This document shows positions 1-9,517 of a DNA stretch of 64,000 nt, one piece after another. The translations under genes and the position numbers were made by a program. The DNA lies in IMG/VR virus record IMGVR_UViG_3300009129_001428, positions 1 through 64,000 of that record, one strand, 5' to 3'. The notes under the pieces were generated by a model that was not told the DNA's origin, ran no database searches, and was given only the letters and a program-made list of their open reading frames with translations. The stretch is from a virus (taxonomy: Duplodnaviria > Caudoviricetes). Position 1 is the stretch's first letter, and each line of letters opens with the position of its first letter.

Positions 1-99
1 AATTGTCCATAAACCTTTGAGTGCGTGATTTTTCATTATTTGTTCTTATTTGTTGTTATTTGCTCGAAATGCGCCAAAAGTATTGAAAATTCTTTAAAA

Positions 100-483
100 T
101 TAGCGAGTCTTTCTTCTACCATTTGAACCGCCAAACTTATTATTATGCCAATCTCGCTTTATAAATTTTGTTTTATTATTATTTGGGGGCTTTTCTTCTA
201 GCTTTTCCTCTAAATCTTCTTTTATTTGCTCTTCCTGCTCTGTAAGATTTTCTTTATTATTAAGTTGCTCTAGTAATTGCGAGTAAGTTTCTAATTCTTT
301 ATTTGCTTTATTTATTTGTGTGTTCTGATAAATTAAGGCGCAAGCTAATGGCATAATTGATAATAGAATAGTTAATACTAAATTTCGAGCGCAGGGAGCG
401 GGAGAAGTGGAGGCGGTATCGCAACCGCCCCCACTTGATTCCTGACCAACCCTTTTATTGCGTCTGGATTTGGGATACCGCAT
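100..483 (-). CDS. Hypothetical protein (hydrophobic segment plus coiled coil); true start probably downstream of 483
   Basis: ORF with LVLTILLSIMPLACALIY followed by an E/K/Q-rich region; the 5' part overlaps the upstream gene and a hairpin. Confidence 0.45.
   Translation of the reverse strand: MRYPKSRRNKRVGQESSGGGCDTASTSPAPCARNLVLTILLSIMPLACALIYQNTQINKANKELETYSQLLEQLNNKENLTEQEEQIKEDLEEKLEEKPPNNNKTKFIKRDWHNNKFGGSNGRRKTR
405..436 (-). other. 13-bp GC-rich stem-loop
   Basis: Minus strand AAGTGGGGGCGGT-TGCGAT-ACCGCCTCCACTT (one G-U pair), just after the stop of 455..748; no U-tract. Confidence 0.6.
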
Positions 484-748
484 CCTTTATTTCGCCCCGC
501 AACTCAACAATTTTTTCCATCAAATTATTTGCGCCTTCTACTTCTTCATTTACTAATGAATGTGTTATTATTTTATTTAAAGCTAATTCGGGCTTGTCGC
601 AGTACCCGACAAAATGCCACTTTTTTTCGTGCGATTGTCTTTCGGCAATCTTTGGATTCTTGCTCAAAGCTGGAGTTCTTAAATTTTCAACGACTAAATT
701 TAAATCGTCTGCTCGTTTAATGCGATAGTTTCCAATTGTGATATTCAT
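455..748 (-). CDS. Hypothetical phage protein
   Basis: 97 aa ORF downstream of the promoter at 795-823. Confidence 0.7.
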   Translation of the reverse strand: MNITIGNYRIKRADDLNLVVENLRTPALSKNPKIAERQSHEKKWHFVGYCDKPELALNKIITHSLVNEEVEGANNLMEKIVELRGEIKDAVSQIQTQ

Positions 749-794
749 ATTATTATTGTTGTTGAGTTTGGCTTACTTGATTTTGTCTGATAAT

Positions 795-823
795 AGAATA
801 GAGGAATTAAACTGGAATGTCAA
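795..823 (-). promoter_or_regulatory. Sigma70-type promoter
   Basis: TTGACA-17-TATTCT with an upstream A-tract. Confidence 0.7.
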
Positions 824-1014
824 ATACTTTTTTAATTTATTTTCCTAATTGAAATAATGATTTTATTATACAAAAATATATATTTAATTAGGAGTGGTAG
901 TATTTTTCACCTAAATTTTCCAGCAATTTTTACTTTATATATTATTATATAATATATACTTCTTGTATTTGGCTATATATTCTTCCTTATATGGATATAA
1001 TACCAAATAGAAAA

Positions 1015-1230
1015 CTATTTCTTCTTCTTGGGCTTTTGGTAAACTACCTTCTCCTGACGAGGTTCCCCATCGCTAACAAGGGTCACTTTACCCTCTAATT
1101 GGTCACAAGCAATCTTCGCCCATCTCAATGCCAGAGCCTTGCCAAAGCCCAAGTTGTAGGAGGTTGCCCATCTGTCCTCTTTGTCGTAAACACTATATCT
1201 TTGATTCATAAAGTCTCCTGTTGGTAGCAT
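1015..1230 (-). CDS. Hypothetical protein
   Basis: Co-directional ORF with a basic C-terminus; no recognisable motif. Confidence 0.6.
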   Translation of the reverse strand: MLPTGDFMNQRYSVYDKEDRWATSYNLGFGKALALRWAKIACDQLEGKVTLVSDGEPRQEKVVYQKPKKKK

Positions 1231-1260
1231 ATTTTCTAATGTCTTTGTAATTGTTTGGAA

Positions 1261-1530
1261 CTATAATTGTTTATTGAAATGTTTTACTTTTGCAATTGCG
1301 GTATCATATTTACTCTTATAAAGAGAGTCGGGAGTATAATTTACTCTACCATTCTCTGCCATTTCTAAAACTAATTCCAATGCTTTATTTAAAGACATTG
1401 TGTTTTGCTCTTGTATTTGCTTAATAGTTGGATAGCCATTATTTTTTATATAATCATCTAACATCTTTTCCATGAAGTCGATTTTGGTTTCAATAATTTT
1501 ATAGTCCGATTGTGTTTCGCTATCACTCAT
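1261..1530 (-). CDS. Hypothetical protein
   Basis: Start overlaps the ligase stop. Confidence 0.65.
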   Translation of the reverse strand: MSDSETQSDYKIIETKIDFMEKMLDDYIKNNGYPTIKQIQEQNTMSLNKALELVLEMAENGRVNYTPDSLYKSKYDTAIAKVKHFNKQL

Positions 1531-2701
1531 AATCTCTAAATCCTATTGCGTAAGGAAATCTTGGTATTCCATCTGGAGTCTTTTCAAAGAATTTGATTGT
1601 TGCCATTTTGCCAATGTACTCATCTTTATTATTAAGAATTTCTGCCAAATATTCAAAATTACCTTTAATATTAGAATTGAATTGCTGATAAGATTTTGGG
1701 TCAATCAACACTAAATGTTTTGCCGTTCCTTGGCGATTCCCATTTCCTTCTTCAATATCGACCACTTTATACTCTGCATCCCTAAATTCCTTACGTTTTA
1801 ATAGAAACGTAGAGCGTTTCTGTTCGTACTGCATATCCTTCCTTACCATCTGACCTTCAAAGCCATCTCGTAAGTATTCGTTATAACATTCATCCAAGCC
1901 TTTTTGTCCAGTAATTTCTGTTGTCTGCACAAGTTTAATGCAATCCTTTTCTTGTAAGGAATTTAATAATGTCTCAAACCTTAAAAAGAATGGAACCTTC
2001 TCTTCTGCATGAGCTATTTTCGGGCAATCATAAATCCAGTATTGAATTGTTTCTGCTCCCTCTTCTAGCCTATCGGCAAATTCTTTTTCTTTCTTGGCAA
2101 ACGCCTTATCTGTCATCTTCGCTGATTTAACAGGTTTTTGTTTGCGAACAAGTGAAACAATCTTATTGAAATTATCTTTCAAGTCGTGATTGTATAATTC
2201 TCCATCTAAAATAGAATTTTGGTTTGCTAGGAAAAAACTTTTTAATGAATTAGTGATATGGGGAATTGCTTCTATTACTTTGCCATTCCTTGTTCTGGCT
2301 ACAACCTCTCCCTTTTCTAATCTTGTGATGCACCTAATTCCATCTAATTTTGGTTGCGAATAAACAGGAAACTTCACTTCGTCTGCTCTGTCTTTATAAT
2401 TATGTGCCAACATAGGCTCATAAAACTTTTTGTTATCTACATCATTTACGTTTGAGAAATAACCTGCCTTTAGCTTCTTCTCCCATTTTGCTTGAGCTTC
2501 AAGTTCTGCTTGCTCTTCTGGAGAAGTTTCATTTATGTGTCCCAAATTTTTTGAATGACAACTTGTTGGTTTGGCGACATTCATCTTCATTCCCCGAATG
2601 CCTCCTTCTGTCCAAAACTTGTTTCCTTGAACGTGAATTGTCCATTGGCGAATCTTGCCTTTGGTATCTCTCTTGTATAATGTATCGAATTTCTTAATCA
2701 T
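1523..2701 (-). CDS. lig: ATP-dependent DNA ligase with WGR-like N-terminal extension
   Basis: Motif I KLDGIRC, LDGELY, YWIYD, GFEGQMVRK, LLKRKEF, C-terminal OB fold with GIPRFP. Confidence 0.95.
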   Translation of the reverse strand: MIKKFDTLYKRDTKGKIRQWTIHVQGNKFWTEGGIRGMKMNVAKPTSCHSKNLGHINETSPEEQAELEAQAKWEKKLKAGYFSNVNDVDNKKFYEPMLAHNYKDRADEVKFPVYSQPKLDGIRCITRLEKGEVVARTRNGKVIEAIPHITNSLKSFFLANQNSILDGELYNHDLKDNFNKIVSLVRKQKPVKSAKMTDKAFAKKEKEFADRLEEGAETIQYWIYDCPKIAHAEEKVPFFLRFETLLNSLQEKDCIKLVQTTEITGQKGLDECYNEYLRDGFEGQMVRKDMQYEQKRSTFLLKRKEFRDAEYKVVDIEEGNGNRQGTAKHLVLIDPKSYQQFNSNIKGNFEYLAEILNNKDEYIGKMATIKFFEKTPDGIPRFPYAIGFRDYE

Positions 2702-2707
2702 GCCTCA

Positions 2708-2735
2708 ATTATGACAGGTTCATTGATAATGTCAA
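2708..2735 (-). promoter_or_regulatory. Sigma70-type promoter, leaderless ligase mRNA
   Basis: TTGACA-16-(TGT)CATAAT, then 6 nt to the ATG at 2701. Confidence 0.7.
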
Positions 2736-2755
2736 TGAAAAAACAACTTTCTGCT

Positions 2756-3097
2756 TCAGAAAGTTTCTTCCTCTTTCATTAAAAATCTTTTATAATTATC
2801 TGTTAGCATATTATGTAGCTTAAAAAATCTTACTTTGCGATTAACTCCCTCCGTATCCTTTACTTCAATTCTGTCATCGAATCGGCTCGCCTCAAATAAT
2901 TCTCCTTGAGTAAAAGAAACATCTTTAAAATCTTTTTCATATTTCTCATTGTATGGCAATGTAACAACAACTCCATCATCATCAGTAATAGCAAATAATT
3001 TAACAATAATTGGTGGAAGGTTATCTATCGCTACAAAATGAGCCTCTTGAAAGTAAGAGTAAAATAAATAACTTTTTATGCTATTAAGTTTGAACAT
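2756..3097 (-). CDS. Hypothetical protein
   Basis: 113 aa ORF between rIIB and ligase. Confidence 0.6.
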   Translation of the reverse strand: MFKLNSIKSYLFYSYFQEAHFVAIDNLPPIIVKLFAITDDDGVVVTLPYNEKYEKDFKDVSFTQGELFEASRFDDRIEVKDTEGVNRKVRFFKLHNMLTDNYKRFLMKEEETF

Positions 3098-3107
3098 CTG
3101 TAATAAA

Positions 3108-3133
3108 GGGAGGGAGGCATTAGCCCCCCTCCC
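3108..3133 (-). terminator. Rho-independent terminator after rIIB
   Basis: GGGAGGGGGGC-TAAT-GCCTCCCTCCC followed by TTTATT. Confidence 0.75.
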
Positions 3134-3144
3134 ATATTATAATA

Positions 3145-4203
3145 TTAATTCCTATAGTTAGCGTAAATTTCAGACCGACTTGTTTTCTTATCGTCAATCG
3201 ACTCTACCTTAAAAGTCCATCCATCAGAATTAAGCCCTTCAACAATCGCAATGATTTCTTTAGAAGATAACGAAATGCCTTTCATCCTTGACTGCACTTG
3301 TTTTATTGTTGGATTAATTCCCTCTGCATGACGATTTTCAATGTAATTCCGAATTGATAATTCATTTGCAGACAATTCATCATCCCATGATTCATCTTCA
3401 TCATCGTCATAATACTCTTCATCCCAATCAGAATCATAATCTTCATCCTCATCAAAATAGACAGGCTTATCCCATTCCTTGCGACCATCAGTAATTTCAT
3501 TAATCACTTCGTATTTACATACTCGCAACTTTTGATATGAAGAACAACTAGGAACACTTACTGCATCCTTGGGATCAAAACGGACAACCATGAGCTTGCC
3601 ATCTCCACCAGCCCAACCATCTGCATAATCAAATGATCCAACGTGAAACCCATAAGAGCATCCGTTATTAGGATCATCATCGACACTCCTACGCTTCATT
3701 TCAAGCGTTTCTCCAACGCTATTATCAAACTTTCCAGAATACTTGTCCTTATAATCATCACTAACACCCTTGTATCCAATAACATATCCATCTGGATCAA
3801 TAGGTAATTCTTTGTAATCAAGAAAGTTATAAAGTTGCTCTACTGAATTACGAGAGGGATTATCCAATAGCTTTTCAATAAAATTGAAGATCGGAGAAGG
3901 GTCTTTAATGCCTTCACGCATAAGAGACAACAACTTATCAATCACAACTCCATTGAGCTTTTCTTGCTCGCCAGAAGAATGATTGTAATAAACATCACCC
4001 TCCTTAATCTGGATATTGCCCAAAGAATAGTCTTCAACTGCACTCTTTGTGTCTACCAGTTTGATAACTTTATCGTAATTTCCGTCAAGTAAAGACTGAC
4101 GAACCTGCATGAAGTTCAAATTGTCCCTGCGAACTGAATGAACTTGACCATCCGCAAAGATGGTGATGGCGTTTTCTCCGAGATTATAAGCTAGTTTAGT
4201 CAT
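3145..4203 (-). CDS. rIIB: rIIB-like protein
   Basis: FLDYKELPIDPDGYVIGYKGV, GFHVGSFDYA, VRFDPKDAVSVP, KLRVCKYEV; directly downstream of rIIA. Confidence 0.88.
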   Translation of the reverse strand: MTKLAYNLGENAITIFADGQVHSVRRDNLNFMQVRQSLLDGNYDKVIKLVDTKSAVEDYSLGNIQIKEGDVYYNHSSGEQEKLNGVVIDKLLSLMREGIKDPSPIFNFIEKLLDNPSRNSVEQLYNFLDYKELPIDPDGYVIGYKGVSDDYKDKYSGKFDNSVGETLEMKRRSVDDDPNNGCSYGFHVGSFDYADGWAGGDGKLMVVRFDPKDAVSVPSCSSYQKLRVCKYEVINEITDGRKEWDKPVYFDEDEDYDSDWDEEYYDDDEDESWDDELSANELSIRNYIENRHAEGINPTIKQVQSRMKGISLSSKEIIAIVEGLNSDGWTFKVESIDDKKTSRSEIYANYRN

Positions 4204-4237
4204 ATTTTTTTCTCCTCTTTAATTTTTAACTACCATA

Positions 4238-4266
4238 AGTTTATGATAGATTCTTCTTTTTGTCAA
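4238..4266 (-). promoter_or_regulatory. Sigma70-type promoter for rIIB
   Basis: TTGACA-17-TAAACT; SD-like AGAGGAG before the ATG at 4203. Confidence 0.65.
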
Positions 4267-4292
4267 TGTTTTTCTTTAAAAATTTTGAGCAA

Positions 4293-4317
4293 CCAGAGGG
4301 AACGTAGTTCCCTCTGG
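4293..4317. terminator. Perfect 11-bp hairpin after rIIA, probable terminator
   Basis: CCAGAGGGAAC-GTA-GTTCCCTCTGG. Confidence 0.6.
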
Positions 4318-4340
4318 CTACTACTATGATTACACTTGTT

Positions 4341-6596
4341 TTACTGATTAAGATTCCCTTGCTGAAGTCGAGTTAGCTCATCCATTTGTTTTATGTAATT
4401 AACCAATTTGGTTGCTGAATCTTTGCCAAATCTCCAAGAGTACAATTCAACCATTTCAATCATCGGATATAACTTATAAGCCTTTTCTACATCCTCTTTG
4501 CTTAATTCAGCAGTATATTGCTTGATATTATTAGAGATGAAATCTCCATCGTAAGCAGTATCCATCGCTTTTAAAGCTACAAGCAGAGTCTTAACCCTTT
4601 GGAGAGAATGATAATGATATGATCCATCGTCATGCTTTGGAAGGAAGTTGATAGCTTTTTTAATGATATTAGAATCATCCAATTCTTCAGCTTTCTTTAC
4701 AAACTCTTGGCAAGACATAAAGTCAATTGAACTAATATTATTGTACGATAATTCATCAGCATATTCCTGCCACAACTTTGGAGTGATAATCGTATCAACA
4801 TTTTTCTTCAACCAAGATTTAAAATGCGTCCAGTTAGAATCGTCCAACTTTTCGGTATCCTTACAACGGACTCCATAAACCTCCACTTCTAATCCGCAAA
4901 TATCTTTTATGCTTTTAATAAAGGTTGCTAATTCTCTTGTGTCAAAAGATTCAGCATGACGTTTACCATTAACAATCTTGTATCGCAGGATTGGTACATA
5001 AACACCTTGAGTTGGCGCATCATCTGTTTCAACATCAAGCCAATTGTCTTGGTCATTGTGAGAGGAATCCAAACGCAACTTAAAAACCTTAACGTGTTGG
5101 CGAGAACCTGCTGATGATTTTCGAGTGCCTCCCTTTGAAACGTAACCGCTTGGAGCCTTATCTAGCTTTGAAAAATAATTTATATTATTATCGCTAATGT
5201 GTTCAAAGTCTCGTTCATCATAAAACTTTTTCTTTGTGGTATCATCCTTGAACCAAACCATAAAGATATTCTTTGCATCTGGATTTGCCTTAAATAATGT
5301 GCGAGCTTTTAATGCCATACCATGATTTGATGTACAATCATTATATCCAAGCAAATTATCTGCATGACAATCAATTGTCCTTACTAATCGACTTTTTACT
5401 TTATAGCCATCTGTATTATCGGAATCATCTTCCTTCCAGTAATTACGGATAGTCATTTCTGGGCTATAATGATCCACCCTAATTTGGTGAATGCGAGCAT
5501 CAGTAATTTTAATACCATTCCACTTGAAACTATTCTGCAATACCTGTTGAATAGAATATGGCAACGAATTAATAATAGACGCATAATTGCACTTCGCTTC
5601 ATAAAGATCAGAAGCATTACCTAATTTTTCTTGTGCAATATCTTCTAGATCATCTTTAACTAACTGAATTTTCTTTTTAATTGCCTCTTGAGTACGCTTG
5701 GTATATTCCAAGCCTTCACGACTTGGAGCAATATTTAATTCTCCAATGTCAAATTCAATTTCAAGATTATCTACGGACAATAAATCTTGTAGATTAGAAT
5801 CCATGTGCTGAATAGAATCACTCTGAATAGGATACCCGATATTCCCCATTATAGCAATCGTCTGATTTGACCTACTATAATCATACCTTGCCCGATAACC
5901 ATTATGGTTGGCAGTACCATCATCATATAGAGTCCAAAAGTCACCTTTTAATGAAACAACTTTTTCTTCAAGTTTATCTTCGCCTAGATTGTGAATCTTT
6001 GGCTTGATTTTAAAATAACGAAATAAGTTGAGCGATTCTTTTCTAAAAGTATCAACATCAGTATCAGCTACCGAAATAACAATTTCCATACCATTAGGTT
6101 CAGTAGTCGGAGATGAATCCATAAGAATTACTTTGCCTTTAGCCGACTCATCAATTTGAGCATTATAAGTATTCTTTGTGCCATTATTGTACGAAATGAT
6201 ACCGAAATTATCTCCATAAGCAAATCCAGCCTTGCACCCGATACCTAATTGACCAGTAAAAGCATTGGAATTACGTTTCGTTGACTTACAATAACGAGTA
6301 TAAAGATTGCGAATCTCTTCGTCAGTCAATCCAGTACCTAAATCACGAACCTTAAAGGTTGGCTCAAACTTCGTTGGCAATGTAACCTCAATAGGAGTAT
6401 CGCCAATCCCTACTTCAGCATGGGCATCTACGGCATTGGTAGAATATTCCCGAATAACTGCGAGAGGTTTATTAGAATAAATTTGATTCCTCAATAAATC
6501 AATAACAAAAGAAATGTCCTCTTGGTCGATGCCAAATTCGGATTCTTTAAAGTCATGTGAGCGAACCAATGTGTGTGTCTTGTTTGTAGTAATCAT
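4341..6596 (-). CDS. rIIA: rIIA-like protein (N-terminal GHKL/Hsp90-like ATPase domain)
   Basis: IYSNKPLAVIREYSTNAVDAH, VRDLGTGL, STKRNSNAFTGQLGIGCK, PSREGLEYT. Confidence 0.92.
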   Translation of the reverse strand: MITTNKTHTLVRSHDFKESEFGIDQEDISFVIDLLRNQIYSNKPLAVIREYSTNAVDAHAEVGIGDTPIEVTLPTKFEPTFKVRDLGTGLTDEEIRNLYTRYCKSTKRNSNAFTGQLGIGCKAGFAYGDNFGIISYNNGTKNTYNAQIDESAKGKVILMDSSPTTEPNGMEIVISVADTDVDTFRKESLNLFRYFKIKPKIHNLGEDKLEEKVVSLKGDFWTLYDDGTANHNGYRARYDYSRSNQTIAIMGNIGYPIQSDSIQHMDSNLQDLLSVDNLEIEFDIGELNIAPSREGLEYTKRTQEAIKKKIQLVKDDLEDIAQEKLGNASDLYEAKCNYASIINSLPYSIQQVLQNSFKWNGIKITDARIHQIRVDHYSPEMTIRNYWKEDDSDNTDGYKVKSRLVRTIDCHADNLLGYNDCTSNHGMALKARTLFKANPDAKNIFMVWFKDDTTKKKFYDERDFEHISDNNINYFSKLDKAPSGYVSKGGTRKSSAGSRQHVKVFKLRLDSSHNDQDNWLDVETDDAPTQGVYVPILRYKIVNGKRHAESFDTRELATFIKSIKDICGLEVEVYGVRCKDTEKLDDSNWTHFKSWLKKNVDTIITPKLWQEYADELSYNNISSIDFMSCQEFVKKAEELDDSNIIKKAINFLPKHDDGSYHYHSLQRVKTLLVALKAMDTAYDGDFISNNIKQYTAELSKEDVEKAYKLYPMIEMVELYSWRFGKDSATKLVNYIKQMDELTRLQQGNLNQ

Positions 6597-6636
6597 AATC
6601 AGTAATTAGTGTAGGTTTTTCTTAATCTTGTAAACC

Positions 6637-6664
6637 AGTCTGACAGGTTTTGGCGCAATGTCAA
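6637..6664 (-). promoter_or_regulatory. Sigma70-type promoter with TGACA-N13-TGTCA dyad
   Basis: A-tract-TTGACA-16-(TGT)CAGACT upstream of rIIA. Confidence 0.65.
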
Positions 6665-6673
6665 ATCTTTTTT

Positions 6674-7084
6674 TTAAAAAACGTCAGAAACTTGATGGTG
6701 CAAAGCCTGACAACTTGTTGAGCCTGTCCTTTTTAGCCTGTCAAGTGCAGGTTTGCTCAAACTATCCTCGTAGGCAGTTGTCGGGTCAATAAAGTTAGCT
6801 TCAATAGTTTTTTTATTTGGCTGATACTTGTCCTCCATCTGTAAATAATTGTAAAGTTGTTTTCCTTCTTTTTTCTTTTCGACTAGGATTCGTTGCTCCA
6901 AGCAAAATTGTATTAAATTAAGTATGTCCTCCTCTTTTATTTTAACTCTTCCAGATTGGATGACGTTTCCATCAGCCCCATTTGTTCCACCTTCAATAAT
7001 ATATTCTTCAAGAGTATAGGTTTTATTATAGTAATCAGTCTGATTTTGTTTTACTCTATATCTTGTAGTTTTAGTTAAGCTCAT
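6674..7084 (-). CDS. Hypothetical protein
   Basis: 136 aa ORF whose start is coupled to the upstream stop. Confidence 0.65.
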   Translation of the reverse strand: MSLTKTTRYRVKQNQTDYYNKTYTLEEYIIEGGTNGADGNVIQSGRVKIKEEDILNLIQFCLEQRILVEKKKEGKQLYNYLQMEDKYQPNKKTIEANFIDPTTAYEDSLSKPALDRLKRTGSTSCQALHHQVSDVF

Positions 7085-7518
7085 TAGACTTCCTCGTATA
7101 TTTCGCTAGGTTTAATATAGCCTTTCTTAATCATTTCACTAAAATAGTCGAATACTCTTTCGTATCTTAATGAATGAAGATTTTTAATTGATTGAAGTGT
7201 TTCTTTTATTTCGCTAGGTCTAGGCGAGTGCCTGTCAATTTTATCTATTAAAGCCTCAATGTCGCTTTCAACGTCTGCGCTAATAGTAATTAATTCTTCC
7301 AGTTCAAAATAGTCTGTTCCATGTTCTGATGAACTGCCATCCCATAAAACACCTCCTTTGATGCCGTTTAATTTAGCCACACAAATTTTAGCGTCTTGTA
7401 AGTTATTAAATGTTGGACAGATGATTTCATCTGTATCGTCCTTGATGGAGTGAGTGTCTATTACTTGGTAATACTCCTTGCCGAAAGCATCTACCTCGTT
7501 TGAAATTTTATAACGCAT
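7084..7518 (-). CDS. Hypothetical protein
   Basis: 144 aa co-directional ORF. Confidence 0.65.
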   Translation of the reverse strand: MRYKISNEVDAFGKEYYQVIDTHSIKDDTDEIICPTFNNLQDAKICVAKLNGIKGGVLWDGSSSEHGTDYFELEELITISADVESDIEALIDKIDRHSPRPSEIKETLQSIKNLHSLRYERVFDYFSEMIKKGYIKPSEIYEEV

Positions 7519-7759
7519 TTGAATTGTTAAGTTTTATTTAATAGTTGAAAGTCTTTCCGCTTTTATGTGATTACGGAAAAGGTGATGAAAAGTAACCAGT
7601 CTCTTATAACACCAATCGACCGCCACAATACCTCGTTTGAAATTTTATTAATTTAAATAGTTTAGAATCAAGTCGTACTTGTATTCTGCGACTGCGCCTA
7701 TTACGGCAAATGTTAAAGCCAAGATTGAAGCTATTAGTATTTCTTTCATTGTGAATATA

Positions 7760-7787
7760 AGTCTGACAGGTTTTTGGAGAATGTCAA
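7760..7787 (-). promoter_or_regulatory. Sigma70-type promoter with TGACA-N13-TGTCA dyad
   Basis: A-tract-TTGACA-16-(TGT)CAGACT. Confidence 0.65.
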
Positions 7788-7800
7788 ATGTTTTTTAAAT

Positions 7801-8100
7801 TTAATTCTGGCATCCACTCAACGCCCAATCACAAAAAGATTCTGCTCTGACGTTACCCCTATTGGGTACGATGCCGACACATAGCCCCTCATCCGAATCC
7901 CAATCGTACTCATGCCCTCTCTTCTTAAATATTTCCGTAGCTAATTCAAAGCAATTTTTCCTTAAACCAACCTCGTCTATGAAAGTCTTTTCTATTTTAA
8001 GTAAATTAAGGTAATCCCTTTTTTTGGAAAACCCATGATACTTCCTATCATCTTCCTTGTAAGAGTATAAGACTGCTTTGTATGTGAATTTTTTATTCAT
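7801..8100 (-). CDS. Hypothetical protein
   Basis: ATG lies 7 nt after the -10 element at 8108-8113. Confidence 0.7.
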   Translation of the reverse strand: MNKKFTYKAVLYSYKEDDRKYHGFSKKRDYLNLLKIEKTFIDEVGLRKNCFELATEIFKKRGHEYDWDSDEGLCVGIVPNRGNVRAESFCDWALSGCQN

Positions 8101-8107
8101 GTAATTA

Positions 8108-8135
8108 AGCCTGACAGATTTCTGGGGAATATCAA
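8108..8135 (-). promoter_or_regulatory. Sigma70-type promoter, leaderless
   Basis: TTGATA-16-(TGT)CAGGCT, then 7 nt to ATG. Confidence 0.6.
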
Positions 8136-8533
8136 ATGTTTTCTAAAAATTCTTTAACTGAACTGGATATTTTAAAAAGCGAATAAAATTCTGACTCGCT
8201 GATTTCTCCACCGCTTCCCCAACTGAAGGTATATTCCTTTGTGTCTTTATCAAAGTAAATATTTGTTACAGACTTGGGTCGATAAGTCCATGTATGTCCA
8301 TTTGGTCGCCATTGATTCGCTGGATAATGTTTAGTCTTGCTTTTGCCCCAAAAAGTTATTGAAGCATTTTTTCTTTGCGATTTAATCTGCGACATTTTAA
8401 TCACAAATGTTTTGTCGGGATAAGTATCAGTCTTGCGACTTGTCTTTATCTTTTTTAAATCCATGCTTTTTATAATGGAATTGTTTACCCAGAGAACCTC
8501 CTCTGGAATATTTGGCTGATTGTAATTATTCAT
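8132..8533 (-). CDS. Hypothetical protein
   Basis: 133 aa ORF overlapping the upstream stop. Confidence 0.65.
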   Translation of the reverse strand: MNNYNQPNIPEEVLWVNNSIIKSMDLKKIKTSRKTDTYPDKTFVIKMSQIKSQRKNASITFWGKSKTKHYPANQWRPNGHTWTYRPKSVTNIYFDKDTKEYTFSWGSGGEISESEFYSLFKISSSVKEFLENI

Positions 8534-8795
8534 TATTTGATATTGAATCTAATAGTTTTCTGTATGCGTTTGTTGTGTCATAAATCTTTTGCGCTTTCCG
8601 CTCGTCTTTATTGTCTAGGCTTAAATAAGCCTCCCCATGCTCAATCACTTTACGAATAGTATATTTATACGAATTAATAAGCTCTCTTACCTTTTCTGGA
8701 TGATATTCAGTCTCATGGTTTGCAAGCTCTGTTTTGATTTTTGCTAATTCTGTAATATAAAATTTAACTGATTCGTAATATGTATCTGCATCCAT
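8526..8795 (-). CDS. Hypothetical protein
   Basis: 89 aa ORF preceded by the AGTGTAA motif. Confidence 0.65.
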   Translation of the reverse strand: MDADTYYESVKFYITELAKIKTELANHETEYHPEKVRELINSYKYTIRKVIEHGEAYLSLDNKDERKAQKIYDTTNAYRKLLDSISNNE

Positions 8796-8814
8796 GCAGG
8801 AGATTACACTTTGA

Positions 8815-9114
8815 TTACATAGTATATTCTAATGTATCTTCGATAGAATTAATAAAGATGGGAGTGCTTTCTCCCATATAGGCTCCTGCTACGTTATAAT
8901 CATAAAACTCTACCGCATCTTCATAGCTCATGCCATCCCTTTCTTGGAAAATTTTTATAACTTGCCCTACGTCATAAACTAGCCGTATATTTCTATTGTG
9001 TCCATTCCAAGAATCAGTCCAGCCAATACACGCCTCGTCTAATCCAGTTGCTCGCAGAATCTTCTCATCATAATTCCTATCGGCAAAGTCATCTATAATT
9101 GTTTCTTTATTCAT
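8815..9114 (-). CDS. Conserved hypothetical phage protein
   Basis: Pattern GLDEACIG...LVYD...GMSYEDAVEFYDYNVAGAYMGESTPIF, which I recall from environmental phage proteins. Confidence 0.75.
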   Translation of the reverse strand: MNKETIIDDFADRNYDEKILRATGLDEACIGWTDSWNGHNRNIRLVYDVGQVIKIFQERDGMSYEDAVEFYDYNVAGAYMGESTPIFINSIEDTLEYTM

Positions 9115-9288
9115 TTTAAAAAGGAGTGTCTGCTTGTGTCTTTATTCTTAATTCATATTCTTCCATGAATATTTTATTAATAGTTTCGTGAACTTCTTTC
9201 TCTATTTCTTCTGCTAAATATTCTCTAGCATATTTGCTTGCCATATTAATGTCTTGATTGGCTTCAAGAATTACTTTTATAATATCTT

Positions 9289-9516
9289 TCATTTTTTTTC
9301 TACCGCTTCCAAGATTATTTTGATATGCTTGCCGTCACTTTCTCTTTCTATTTTTAATGTAATAGACTTGTTGATGCTTAAAGCCCTCCTTACTATCCAG
9401 TCTAGGTCAGACTCATGCAAGCCTCCTAGAACTCTAATGCGAGGTAATGCACTTCCTAGAGCATCCCAGATTCTCTGGCGAGCTTGAGCTTTTCTTTTGG
9501 AATCTTCTCTTGACAT
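9289..9516 (-). CDS. Hypothetical protein
   Basis: Start refined to MSREDSK (ATG 9516), 1 nt after the glycosylase stop. Confidence 0.6.
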   Translation of the reverse strand: MSREDSKRKAQARQRIWDALGSALPRIRVLGGLHESDLDWIVRRALSINKSITLKIERESDGKHIKIILEAVEKK

Positions 9517-9517
9517 T

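Noticed and set aside
405-436. tRNA fragment (loop resembles a T-arm)
   Set aside because: The loop TGCGAT is not TTCRANY and no cloverleaf can be built; kept only as a hairpin.
830-1015. Very AT-rich intergenic stretch as a replication origin
   Set aside because: No iterons or DnaA-box array visible; AT-richness alone is not enough.
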